The notes under the pieces were generated by a model. That model made no database searches. It had not been told where the DNA came from and saw only the letters and a program-made list of their open reading frames with translations. A program made the position numbers and the translations under genes. Below are positions 17,781 through 26,974 of a stretch of DNA of 42,289 bases, piece after piece. The stretch comes from Flavobacteriales bacterium (lineage in GTDB: Bacteria; Bacteroidota; Bacteroidia; Flavobacteriales_D; Sanyastnellaceae). The stretch covers positions 1 through 42,289 of the forward strand of contig JBIKSC010000001.1 of the NCBI GenBank assembly GCA_044348775.1, read 5' to 3'. Each line of letters begins with the position of its first letter. Position 1 is the stretch's first letter.

Positions 17781-19196
17781 TTATTTACCTGAAAAGGCCG
17801 CTGCCACTGGGTTGACAAGTGCATCAATATCACCTGCCCCCAACATTACAATTACCTGGCGCGGACTTCCGGTCAACTCTGCTAATAAAAACTGCTTCTC
17901 GACGAGTTTTTTGGTGGGTTTGGAAATGTTATCCAACAGCAATTGTGAATCAATTCCGGGCAAGGGTAACTCGCGCGCAGGGTAGATCGGAAGTAAAATG
18001 ATATCGTCGAGCAACTCCAGACTGCGCGCAAATTCCGGAAGAAAATCACGGGTTCGGGTGAAAAGATGGGGCTGAAAAACGCCTGTGATGTGCTTTCCGG
18101 GATAGAGTTGCCGAACCGAGGAAATACAGGCTCTCAACTCTTCCGGGTGATGCGCATAATCGTCAATCAACACCAAATCCTCACGCCGGATGTGGTATTC
18201 AAATCGGCGCTTGACACCCTTAAATGAACTAAGACCACTTCTGATTTCACCTTCCGTTAAACCTACTGCTCTGCAAACGGCTATTGCCGAAACCGCATTC
18301 TCGACATTATGCATGCCCGGCAAGCCGAGCTCAACAGCAGGCCAGCTTTCGCCCTGCGCGTTATAATCGAAATAATACTGCCCCTCTTTAATCTCAATAT
18401 TCGATGCAAAATGCCCCGCTTGCGAAGAGCCGCTATAATCCAAATATTTCACTCCACTTCCGAGTGCCGAAACATCAATCGGCAGCTCTTTCCTATAAAT
18501 CAGCAAGCCTCCTGCAACCAACTTTCGAGCAAACAGATTGAACGATTCCTTCATGTACTCATGCGACCCGTAAATATCCAGGTGGTCGGCATCGGTACTG
18601 GTAATTACCGAAATCGTAGGCGACAACGTCAAAAAAGAACGGTCGTACTCATCCGCCTCCACAACCGTCCACTCTGCGTTTTTATCCAACAATAAATTAG
18701 TCCCGTAATTCGTCGCAATTCCACCCAAAAATGCATTGCAACCCTTGCCGCTGTGCATGAGTAAATGCGCTATCATGGAGCTCGTTGTAGTCTTACCATG
18801 CGTCCCGGCGACCGCTATACTCTTGCTTTGAGCGGTTATTACCCCCAATGCTTGCGAGCGCTTTATAAGAGTATAACCCTGGTCGGCCAACCAATTCAAC
18901 TCCTGACTGTCCTTAGGTATTGCGGGTGTATAAATGACCAAAACCTTTTCCTTGGGCGTGTGCCTTACAACCGGAGGAATTTCCAGCACTGAATCATCGA
19001 AATGCACCGCAATGCCTTCCATCTCCAATTCCGTCGTTAGCGGTGTTGAGGTCTTGTCGTAACCCATCACCAATTTGCCATGTGCATGGAAATAGCGCGC
19101 AATGGCCGACATACCGATACCGCCAATACCTAGGAAATAGTAAACCTCTGTTTCTTCAAAGTTCATGGAAATCATTTCAGGATGACTATTGCACAA
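17781..19196 (-). CDS. murC: UDP-N-acetylmuramate--L-alanine ligase
   Basis: FLGIGGIGMSAIARYF and the P-loop VAGTHGKTTTSSM are present. Alternative starts are at 19175 and 19166. Confidence 0.95.
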   Translation of the reverse strand: MCNSHPEMISMNFEETEVYYFLGIGGIGMSAIARYFHAHGKLVMGYDKTSTPLTTELEMEGIAVHFDDSVLEIPPVVRHTPKEKVLVIYTPAIPKDSQELNWLADQGYTLIKRSQALGVITAQSKSIAVAGTHGKTTTSSMIAHLLMHSGKGCNAFLGGIATNYGTNLLLDKNAEWTVVEADEYDRSFLTLSPTISVITSTDADHLDIYGSHEYMKESFNLFARKLVAGGLLIYRKELPIDVSALGSGVKYLDYSGSSQAGHFASNIEIKEGQYYFDYNAQGESWPAVELGLPGMHNVENAVSAIAVCRAVGLTEGEIRSGLSSFKGVKRRFEYHIRREDLVLIDDYAHHPEELRACISSVRQLYPGKHITGVFQPHLFTRTRDFLPEFARSLELLDDIILLPIYPARELPLPGIDSQLLLDNISKPTKKLVEKQFLLAELTGSPRQVIVMLGAGDIDALVNPVAAAFSGK

Positions 19197-20271
19197 GTTT
19201 CTTTACTTCTTCAACAATACGCTCTGCAGCACTTGCCTGAGCCATAAAGCCAATGGCCTTGGTCAAGGTGTCACGTTGATTGTCACTCTTCATTAAATCG
19301 CTTACAACATCACCTAACCGTTCCTTAGCTTCAACATCTTTCACCAACATAGCGGCACTTTTTGTCACTAAGGCCATCGCATTCTTTGTTTGATGATCTT
19401 CCGATACGTTTGGAGAAGGAACAAAAATGGAAGGTTTCGCCACCAGACACAGCTCTGAAATACTCATTGCTCCTGCGCGCGATACAACCACATCAGCAAC
19501 AGCATACGCCAAATCCATTTCCTTGATGAACTCGTGCGCCTGCACATACTTCAAGCCCGAGCATCGTTTTCTCGATTGCTCCACGTAACCCTTTCCTGTT
19601 TGCCAGATAACTTGAAAACCTTCATCCTCCCAACGTTTTGCAAAAGCATCGACCGCTTCGTTGATAGTGCGCGCACCTAGACTGCCCCCAATTACAAGCA
19701 ACGTCTTTCGGTTTGCATCCAGGCCGAAATGCTTTTGGCCGACATCGCGTTTGCCCTGTAACTGCACTACCTCCGGCCGCACCGGATTGCCGGTCATTAC
19801 AATTTTTTCTTTCGGGAAATATTTTTCCAGCCCTTCATATGCTACACAAATAATATCAACCTTCTTCGAAAGTATACGGTTGGTTATACCCGGAAATGAA
19901 TTCTGTTCCTGTATAAGTGTCTTCACACCTGCACCAGCAGCGGCGCGCAACAAAGGACCACTGGCATAGCCTCCTACTCCAATGGCAATGTCGGGCTTGA
20001 ACTCACGCACGATGCGGCGCGCCTTCCACATACTAGCCAACAACTTGAAGGGCACCAACAAATTCTTCCAGGTCAATCGCCGCTGAATACCCACAATCGG
20101 AAGACCAACAATCTCAAAACCGGCCGCGGGAACCTTCTCCATCTCCATCTTTCCCAATGCACCCACAAAAAGGATTGTTGAATCCGGAAATTGTGTCCGT
20201 ATGGTTTTCGCGATAGCTACCGCCGGAAAAATGTGACCACCGGTACCTCCGCCTGAAATAATTACTCGCAT
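19186..20271 (-). CDS. murG: Undecaprenyldiphospho-muramoylpentapeptide beta-N-acetylglucosaminyltransferase
   Basis: It has the ISGGGTGGHIFPAVAIA N-terminal motif and lies in the dcw context. Confidence 0.95.
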   Translation of the reverse strand: MRVIISGGGTGGHIFPAVAIAKTIRTQFPDSTILFVGALGKMEMEKVPAAGFEIVGLPIVGIQRRLTWKNLLVPFKLLASMWKARRIVREFKPDIAIGVGGYASGPLLRAAAGAGVKTLIQEQNSFPGITNRILSKKVDIICVAYEGLEKYFPKEKIVMTGNPVRPEVVQLQGKRDVGQKHFGLDANRKTLLVIGGSLGARTINEAVDAFAKRWEDEGFQVIWQTGKGYVEQSRKRCSGLKYVQAHEFIKEMDLAYAVADVVVSRAGAMSISELCLVAKPSIFVPSPNVSEDHQTKNAMALVTKSAAMLVKDVEAKERLGDVVSDLMKSDNQRDTLTKAIGFMAQASAAERIVEEVKKLVQ

Positions 20272-20282
20272 TGTATTCCGAT

Positions 20283-21461
20283 TTATACGGTTGGAACAGG
20301 CTCCATAAACTTAGTCTTGGTGAGACTCAAGTCTTCCTCCTGCTCATCCTTACTCCTGCATATACTCAAGATAATTCCCAGTGCCAGACAGGTGAACAAG
20401 GTGCTCGTTCCACCCATACTTACCAACGGAAGCGGTTGGCCGGTGGTAGGGAATAGACTCACAGCTACAGCCATGTTGATGAAGGCTTGGATAACCAACA
20501 TAAAGGCGAGACCCAAAGCCGTTAACTGCGCTCCCATTTTTGGATTGTTGATTGACAGCTTAATGGTTCTGAAAAGCAAAATGAGATACAACAACACGAG
20601 GGTTATTCCTCCGAATATTGAACCATACTCCTCGATGATAAACGGATAAATCATGTCGGAATACGGGTGAGGCAAAAAGTTGCGCGAACTGCCTGTGCCG
20701 GGCCCCTTCGGAATAATGCCACCTTCGTGAATCGCATACTTTGCAAGATCTGTTTGATAGTTGCCTTCGCTATCCTCATCCATCGCACTCACAATTCGAT
20801 TTTTCCACGTGCCGTATCGCGCAGGAAAACCCGTTGTCTCGCCCACCACTATGATAAGAAAAATGAAGCCCACTCCAACGGCAACGAGCTTACTCATATG
20901 ACGAAAAGGAACACCGGCAAGAAACATCATGAGAAAACAAATACTGGCCAACATGGCAGCAGTAGAAAAGTTGGCCGGTAGAATGAGACCACAAATAAGT
21001 GCGATTGGCCAGATAACCGGCATCACTCCTTCCTTGAAATCATGCAGCATATCGCGTTTTACCGCTAGCGTTCGCCCAACGTATATAATGAGCACAATCT
21101 TGGCAAAATCGCTAGGCTGAAAGGTCAACCCTGTAAATGGAATGACAATCCAGCGATTGGCATCGTTCAGGTTATGACCGAATAACAGCGCATAGGCAAG
21201 AAAACCCGCTGCGACCAGCAATAGAATTTTCGATAGCCGAGAAAAATACCGAAACGCCATACGATGCACGATGTACATGATGATGAAACCCAGAATAATC
21301 ATTCCAGTGTGCTTCAGCAAAAACTTGAGGCTGTTGCCGTGTGCTTTATATGCCAGTGTTGAAATTGCGCTGTATACAGCAAGTATCGAAATAAGCGACA
21401 AAAAGAGTGTTACCATCCAAATGGTGCGGTCGCCTTGCAGTTTGTTGAGGAGGTGTTTCAT
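20283..21461 (-). CDS. ftsW: SEDS-family peptidoglycan glycosyltransferase FtsW
   Basis: Polytopic membrane protein with PLPLVSMGGTS near the C-terminus, immediately upstream of murG. Confidence 0.9.
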   Translation of the reverse strand: MKHLLNKLQGDRTIWMVTLFLSLISILAVYSAISTLAYKAHGNSLKFLLKHTGMIILGFIIMYIVHRMAFRYFSRLSKILLLVAAGFLAYALLFGHNLNDANRWIVIPFTGLTFQPSDFAKIVLIIYVGRTLAVKRDMLHDFKEGVMPVIWPIALICGLILPANFSTAAMLASICFLMMFLAGVPFRHMSKLVAVGVGFIFLIIVVGETTGFPARYGTWKNRIVSAMDEDSEGNYQTDLAKYAIHEGGIIPKGPGTGSSRNFLPHPYSDMIYPFIIEEYGSIFGGITLVLLYLILLFRTIKLSINNPKMGAQLTALGLAFMLVIQAFINMAVAVSLFPTTGQPLPLVSMGGTSTLFTCLALGIILSICRSKDEQEEDLSLTKTKFMEPVPTV

Positions 21462-21555
21462 GTTTTTCAGGTCGAGTACGAATATGCGCCTTCAAACAAC
21501 AGCTTTCCATCCGCAGTCAATCGCGTTTTACACAACGCCCTGTGCAACAGAATGG

Positions 21556-21587
21556 GCAAAAAAAATCCCGTCGCACGGACGGGATTT
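21556..21587 (-). terminator. Rho-independent terminator of the cupredoxin-like gene
   Basis: On the minus strand: AAATCCCGTC - CGTGC - GACGGGATTT followed by TTTTTTTT. The stem is at 21563-21572 / 21578-21587 and the plus-strand A-run at 21558-21565. Confidence 0.85.
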
Positions 21588-21604
21588 AAATGGATTTCGT
21601 TTCT

Positions 21605-22213
21605 TTATTGGACCAGCACCTTTCGGGTCGATACTCGAGCACCTTGTTGAAAGCGCACGAAGTAAATTCCTCGCTGAAATACCGATACGTCCTGGCGAAT
21701 GGTAAAATCATCCGATGCGATTACTCCTTGGTGGAGGGTTGCAACTTCGCGACCGGTAATATCGAGCATCGTCACCGTCGCTTTGTCACCTGAAGCATTC
21801 AACACACGAACGGTCAAATTACCACTGGCAGACGTGTGCACATTCATATCTATGGCAGCTCGACTTACATTTTGAACAGAATTGGGTGCTACCTCTGCTG
21901 TAAAAGAACCGATCTGCCCGGAATGCAGGGTGCATTCGTAACTGTACTCGCCTGCAACTTGGACCTCATAATCGAACTCGGTAACACTGCTACTCAATGG
22001 GGAATTCCATGTTGCAGCGCCTTCAGGAACACTGGTAGAAACCGTATTATGTGTGCCACTCGTCCTTACGAATCGAACAGTGTCACCCACCACTAGGTTG
22101 AAACTTGCCGGCTCAAACAAAAACCCAACTTGGCTAACGATATGCACGGTAGCATTCATCTGCAGGGATATTGCGAAGGCACATACAAAAGAGAGGAGTA
22201 AATTTTTCTTCAT
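21605..22213 (-). CDS. Secreted cupredoxin-like (plastocyanin/amicyanin-type) protein with a T9SS C-terminal sorting domain
   Basis: It has a signal peptide, a GTHN ... YECTLHSGQ ligand-like pattern, and a C-terminal about 80 aa ending GIYFVRFQQGARVSTRKVLVQ, typical of Por/T9SS CTDs. Confidence 0.7.
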   Translation of the reverse strand: MKKNLLLSFVCAFAISLQMNATVHIVSQVGFLFEPASFNLVVGDTVRFVRTSGTHNTVSTSVPEGAATWNSPLSSSVTEFDYEVQVAGEYSYECTLHSGQIGSFTAEVAPNSVQNVSRAAIDMNVHTSASGNLTVRVLNASGDKATVTMLDITGREVATLHQGVIASDDFTIRQDVSVFQRGIYFVRFQQGARVSTRKVLVQ

Positions 22214-22291
22214 GGTTTCAATTTTAATTCAATTATTCAGCACTTCTACAGCATCCTAAAAATGATGCCACTATATCGTTGTGAATAACCG

Positions 22292-23470
22292 CTATTTAAA
22301 TGCATCAAATCCCGTAACATCCATACCCGTGATGAGCAAATGGATATCATGGGTTCCTTCATAGGTAATCACTGACTCGAGATTCATCATATGGCGCATA
22401 ACCGGATACTCGTTGGTGATACCCATACCGCCGAGCATTTGGCGTGACTCACTCACAATCTCCTTGGCCATAGCGATGTTGTTTCTCTTAGCCATACTTA
22501 TTTGAGCTGTAGTCGCACGTCCTTCGTTGCGCAACTGACCCAGACGGTATGTAAGCAACTGTGCCTTCGTGATTTCGGTAATCATTTCAGCCAATTTCTT
22601 CTGCTGCAACTGGAATGCGCCAATTGGCTTACCAAACTGGATGCGCTCCTTGGAATATTTCAACGCCACATCATAACAATCGAGGGCAACACCAATTGCG
22701 CCCCACGCGATGCCATAACGGGCTGAATCAAGACATCCAAGTGGAGCACCTAAACCGCTCTTATTTGGCAATAAGTTCTCCTTAGGAACTTTCACGTTAT
22801 CGAAAATCAACTCGCCTGTATCGCTGGCGCGTAAGCTCCACTTCCCATGCATGGTTGGCGTTGTAAACCCTTCCATACCACGCTCCACGATCAAACCGTG
22901 AATACGTCCCGCTTCGTTCTTAGCCCACACTACCGCGATCTGCGCAAAAGGCGCATTGCTGATCCACATCTTCGCTCCATTCAACAAATAATGGTCGCCC
23001 ATGTCTTTGAAGTTGGTAATCATACCTCCAGGGTTACTTCCATAGTCCGGCTCAGTCAATCCGAAACATCCCATCCATTCGCCGGTAGCCAGCTTAGGAA
23101 GGTATTTCATGCGTTGTTCTTCGTTGCCGTACTTATAAATCGGATACATTACCAAAGAGCTCTGAACCGAAGCTGTAGAGCGCAAACCACTGTCGCAACG
23201 CTCCAATTCCTGCATGATCAAACCATAGGAAATTTGATCAAGTCCTGCTCCACCATATTCTGAAGGGATATAAGGACCAAAGGCGCCGATTTCACCAAGC
23301 CCCTTCAGCAGATGCTGCGGGAACTTGCAGTTTTCTGCTGCCTCTTCAATAATGGGAGAAACTTCCTTCTTCACCCATGCACGGGCTGTATCACGAACCA
23401 GCTTCTGCTCTTCGCTGAGCCATTCGTCCATCAAATAGTAATCGTGACCTTGGTATGAATCTGTGCGCAT
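22292..23470 (-). CDS. gcdH: Acyl-CoA dehydrogenase, glutaryl-CoA dehydrogenase-like
   Basis: GCFGLTEPDYGSNPGGM and ITYEGTHDIHLLITG motifs are present, and the N-terminus DYYLMDEWLSEEQ is typical of GCDH. Confidence 0.8.
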   Translation of the reverse strand: MRTDSYQGHDYYLMDEWLSEEQKLVRDTARAWVKKEVSPIIEEAAENCKFPQHLLKGLGEIGAFGPYIPSEYGGAGLDQISYGLIMQELERCDSGLRSTASVQSSLVMYPIYKYGNEEQRMKYLPKLATGEWMGCFGLTEPDYGSNPGGMITNFKDMGDHYLLNGAKMWISNAPFAQIAVVWAKNEAGRIHGLIVERGMEGFTTPTMHGKWSLRASDTGELIFDNVKVPKENLLPNKSGLGAPLGCLDSARYGIAWGAIGVALDCYDVALKYSKERIQFGKPIGAFQLQQKKLAEMITEITKAQLLTYRLGQLRNEGRATTAQISMAKRNNIAMAKEIVSESRQMLGGMGITNEYPVMRHMMNLESVITYEGTHDIHLLITGMDVTGFDAFK

Positions 23471-23547
23471 TGTGTATTGAATGTTTAATCAGATAATCGT
23501 CGGTTTTTCCGTCGACGGCGCGAATGTACAACCGCGTTTGGTGAACA

Positions 23548-23645
23548 GAAAACAAAAAACAATGACTAGTTACAAATGACTAGTGACTAATAATGAGTCT
23601 AAGTCTCACTGATCATTAGTCATTTGTCACCAGTCATTTGTCCTT
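23548..23645 (-). terminator. Long imperfect palindrome built from 14-nt direct repeats, followed on the minus strand by GTTTTTTGTTTTC. Likely terminator of the sulP-can-marC-rnhA string
   Basis: AGTCATTTGTC occurs at 23618-23628 and 23632-23642. The second copy contains the last rnhA codons plus the TGA stop. The inverted partners AATGACTAG are at 23561-23569 and 23575-23583. Confidence 0.65.
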
Positions 23646-24098
23646 ATTCGCCTCGTACCATGCATCCACCAGTAAATCGCGCCCAACGCTCGCTTCAACC
23701 GCCAGAAAATCGCAGCGTTCGTTCATCTGATGGCCGTTATGGCCTTTGATCCATTTAAAACGAACCTTGTGCTTTTGAGCAACAACAAGATAGCGCTTCC
23801 AGAGATCCGGATTCTTGACATTCTTCCACCCTCGCTTCACCCAGCCTCCTATCCAATTCTTTTCTACGGCATCCACTACATACTTCGAATCGGAATAGAC
23901 AGTCACCTCACAACCGTCCTGTTTCAGCATTTCAAGACAAACAATGACACTCAACAACTCCATTCGGTTGTTGGTTGTAAGCCGAAAACCCTGACTAATT
24001 TCTTTGTAATGCGGACCGCTTTGAAGAATGGCTCCGTAACCACCAGGTCCCGGATTGCCCTTGGCTGCGCCGTCAGTATAGATCGTAATGCTCGTCAT
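23634..24098 (-). CDS. rnhA: Ribonuclease HI
   Basis: ITIYTDGAAKGNPGPGGYG, NNRMEL and WIKGHNGHQMNERCDFLA contain the DEDD catalytic residues. Confidence 0.95.
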   Translation of the reverse strand: MTSITIYTDGAAKGNPGPGGYGAILQSGPHYKEISQGFRLTTNNRMELLSVIVCLEMLKQDGCEVTVYSDSKYVVDAVEKNWIGGWVKRGWKNVKNPDLWKRYLVVAQKHKVRFKWIKGHNGHQMNERCDFLAVEASVGRDLLVDAWYEANKDK

Positions 24099-24105
24099 AA
24101 CTTAT

Positions 24106-24684
24106 TTATCCGAGCAAATGCTGAATGTTATTGCTGAAAAGCTTCACTGCGATGGCCAGCAGAATGATCCCGAATATTTTTTCGACCACGTTAATACCTG
24201 CAACGCCAAGGGCACGCTCAATTCGATTGGTCAATTTCAAAACGATGAAGATGGGCAGCATATTCAGTGCTATAGCGGCCAGAATGTTAATCCGGTCATA
24301 TTCTGCTCCTAAGGAAATCAGCGTAGAAAATGTGCCGGCCCCTGCGATAATTGGAAAGGCCAACGGCACAATGGAAGCCGCTCCTTCCGTGCCTTCCTTC
24401 TGCTTGAAAATCTTAATTCCCAGTACCATTTCCATGGCAATGAAAAACAGAATGAAAGAACCCGCAACGGCAAATGAATTCACATCGACACCAAAGAGAT
24501 ACAGAAAACGCTCACCCAGAAAAAGAAACACCACCATCAGAAGGAATGAAACCAACGTGGTCGTAATCGGCTGAATATTGCCCGATGTATTCTTTATTTT
24601 GACAATGATGGGAATGCTTCCGATAATGTCTATCACAGCAAACAATACCATGAAACACGATCCTATTTCCTTCCAGTCGAACAT
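24106..24684 (-). CDS. MarC family (UPF0056) integral membrane protein
   Basis: 192 aa with six hydrophobic segments. Size and pattern are typical of the MarC/YhgN family. Confidence 0.7.
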   Translation of the reverse strand: MFDWKEIGSCFMVLFAVIDIIGSIPIIVKIKNTSGNIQPITTTLVSFLLMVVFLFLGERFLYLFGVDVNSFAVAGSFILFFIAMEMVLGIKIFKQKEGTEGAASIVPLAFPIIAGAGTFSTLISLGAEYDRINILAAIALNMLPIFIVLKLTNRIERALGVAGINVVEKIFGIILLAIAVKLFSNNIQHLLG

Positions 24685-24726
24685 AGTGCGAAGGTAAGGG
24701 CGTTAGTCGTAGCCTGAAGAATACAA

Positions 24727-25359
24727 TTACAAATCGTCGTACTCATAGAGCGGATCAATGCGCGAACCGGCCGGCAACTCGAATATCGGCTTGATAAGCC
24801 CATTCTCCAACCCATAAACCCAACCGTGCAAATGCGGCCCTTCACGATCCTTCCATGCTTTTTGAATGACTGATGTTTTGGCCAGGTTAGTCACCTGTTC
24901 AATCACATTCAACTCAACCAAACGATTGGTGCGTGCCTCTTCGTCACCAATGGCTTGAAGCTCTTCGGCATGTATACGCTGCACGTCTTTGATGTGCATA
25001 ATCCACTTATTGATGATGCCCAAGTTATGCTGTGCCATCGAAGCTTTCACTCCGCCACAACCATAGTGACCACAAACAATCACGTGCTTCACCTTGAGAA
25101 ACTTTACAGCATACTCCAACACACTCAGCAAATTCACATCGGTGTGCACAACCATATTTGCAATGTTGCGATGCACAAAAATCTCTCCCGGTGCGGTTCC
25201 GGTTATTTCGTTCGCCGGAACGCGACTGTCGCTGCAGCCTATCCATAAAAACTCGGGCGTTTGTATGCCGGATAGTTTCGTAAAGTAGTTGGGATCGTTC
25301 TGAACCTTCTCAGCTGCCCAAGCCTTGTTCTCCAGTAATAATTTATCGTATGATTTCAT
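24727..25359 (-). CDS. can: Beta-class carbonic anhydrase
   Basis: The zinc-ligand motifs GCSDSRVP and VCGHYGCGG are present. Confidence 0.9.
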   Translation of the reverse strand: MKSYDKLLLENKAWAAEKVQNDPNYFTKLSGIQTPEFLWIGCSDSRVPANEITGTAPGEIFVHRNIANMVVHTDVNLLSVLEYAVKFLKVKHVIVCGHYGCGGVKASMAQHNLGIINKWIMHIKDVQRIHAEELQAIGDEEARTNRLVELNVIEQVTNLAKTSVIQKAWKDREGPHLHGWVYGLENGLIKPIFELPAGSRIDPLYEYDDL

Positions 25360-25370
25360 ACCTGTATTTT

Positions 25371-26927
25371 TTATTTCAATTCTAATTTGAAAGGATCATC
25401 AAACACTTCCGCCTGACGTTTGTCACGCATGATGTAGACACGGATGCCACGCGAGGGAGAAGAAACAATGAAATCATTTACTGTTTCTACAATGTCTGCA
25501 TCCATGAATTCGTTGCGCAAAGGATCAATGAGCACCGCACTGTTGTCGGGAACCTGTTGAAGATAATCAACCAGCTTCGCTTTGTTTAAAAATGATACCT
25601 CGCGAGAAAAGCGGATTAAATACTTGTCACCGTCTTCCACCATAATCATCGCAGATCGAAAATTGCTGCGCATAACAAAGTACAATCCGACCAAAATTCC
25701 GACTAAAATTCCAATGAGCAAATCCGTAAAAATGATTGCGACGATAGTTACAACAAAAGGAATGAACTGCTGCTTTCCCCGCGAGTAATAGTCCTTGAAA
25801 AGGCCTACGTTGGCCAGCTTGTATCCGGTTAAAATAAGGATACTCGCCAAAGCTGCCTTGGGAATCATGTTCAAAATACCTGGAATGGTGAAGACGCAAA
25901 CCATCAGCAACAAACCATGCAAAACGGTGGATGCCTTCGTCTTTGCACCTGCGTTGACATTCGCCGATGAACGCACAACCACCGAGGTCACAGGCAATCC
26001 GCCAATCAATGCAGAAAGCATGTTGCCGGTTCCTTGCGCATACAACTCACGGTTTGCCGGGCTGATACGCTTCTCCGGATCAAGCTTATCGGCAGCCTCA
26101 AGACTTAATAAGGTTTCCAGTGAAGCCACTACTGCCAATGTCACAGCAGTAACCCAAACCTTGTAATTACCAATTGCGCCCCATTCTGGCATGGTGATGA
26201 ATCCGAATAACTCCTGCACTGACCCAAACATCGGAATCTGAACCACGTGATCATCACTCAATGCCAGAGCATGGCCGTCCGGAACCAAAAATACATTGAG
26301 CACTACACCACTTACTACCGCCACCAGCGGACCCGGCAAGTACTTGACCCATGCTTGCCTCTTCATGAAACCGGTTTGATAGAATAACAAAATAGCGGCA
26401 GCAACAGAGGCAATCAAAGTGGCGAGTGGAGAGATTCGGCTCAGTGCAACGGCCAATTCACTGAAGGTATTTTGTCCGTCAGGCTGAATAAAAGACTCTT
26501 CCCCTTCCGGGTCTGCATCGTAACCGACAAAGTGAGGAATTTGCTTCAGAATAATCAGTATTCCAATCGCTGCGAGCATACCTTTAATGACGGCATTCGG
26601 CACATAACGCCCTATACCACCGCCCTTGAAGTAACCAAAAACAAGCTGCAGAATTCCCGCTATGAAAGCGGCCAGCAAGAAGACTTCATAACTCCCAAGA
26701 TCATGAATGGCTGATGCAACTATAGCGGCAAGACCTGCCGCGGGTCCGGAAACACTCAGCGAAGAACCACTCAACAATCCAACCACCACACCACCAATCA
26801 CTCCGGCTATAATTCCGGCAAATGGCGCAGCATCGGACGCGATTGCGATACCAATACACAGCGGCAGAGCAACAAGAAATACGACAATTGAAGCGGGTAT
26901 ATCCGCTCCGGGATGAATTCGGTTCAC
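25371..26927 (-). CDS. SulP-family anion transporter with a C-terminal STAS domain
   Basis: 518 aa with a polytopic N-terminal part and a soluble C-terminal STAS-like tail (YLIRFSREVSFLNKAKL...). It lies directly upstream of the carbonic anhydrase gene. Confidence 0.85.
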   Translation of the reverse strand: MNRIHPGADIPASIVVFLVALPLCIGIAIASDAAPFAGIIAGVIGGVVVGLLSGSSLSVSGPAAGLAAIVASAIHDLGSYEVFLLAAFIAGILQLVFGYFKGGGIGRYVPNAVIKGMLAAIGILIILKQIPHFVGYDADPEGEESFIQPDGQNTFSELAVALSRISPLATLIASVAAAILLFYQTGFMKRQAWVKYLPGPLVAVVSGVVLNVFLVPDGHALALSDDHVVQIPMFGSVQELFGFITMPEWGAIGNYKVWVTAVTLAVVASLETLLSLEAADKLDPEKRISPANRELYAQGTGNMLSALIGGLPVTSVVVRSSANVNAGAKTKASTVLHGLLLMVCVFTIPGILNMIPKAALASILILTGYKLANVGLFKDYYSRGKQQFIPFVVTIVAIIFTDLLIGILVGILVGLYFVMRSNFRSAMIMVEDGDKYLIRFSREVSFLNKAKLVDYLQQVPDNSAVLIDPLRNEFMDADIVETVNDFIVSSPSRGIRVYIMRDKRQAEVFDDPFKLELK

Positions 26928-26974
26928 AGGAATACGTTTGAGTCGGTGCGAAGATAGATGACTTCAGACTTCGA

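Noticed and set aside
26950-26974. GAAGTCT GAAGTCA (minus strand) just after the purN stop, as a further member of the stop-anchored repeat family
   Set aside because: It has only two units and can equally be read as part of a small CGAAG…CTTCG hairpin. That is too weak to count as an array.
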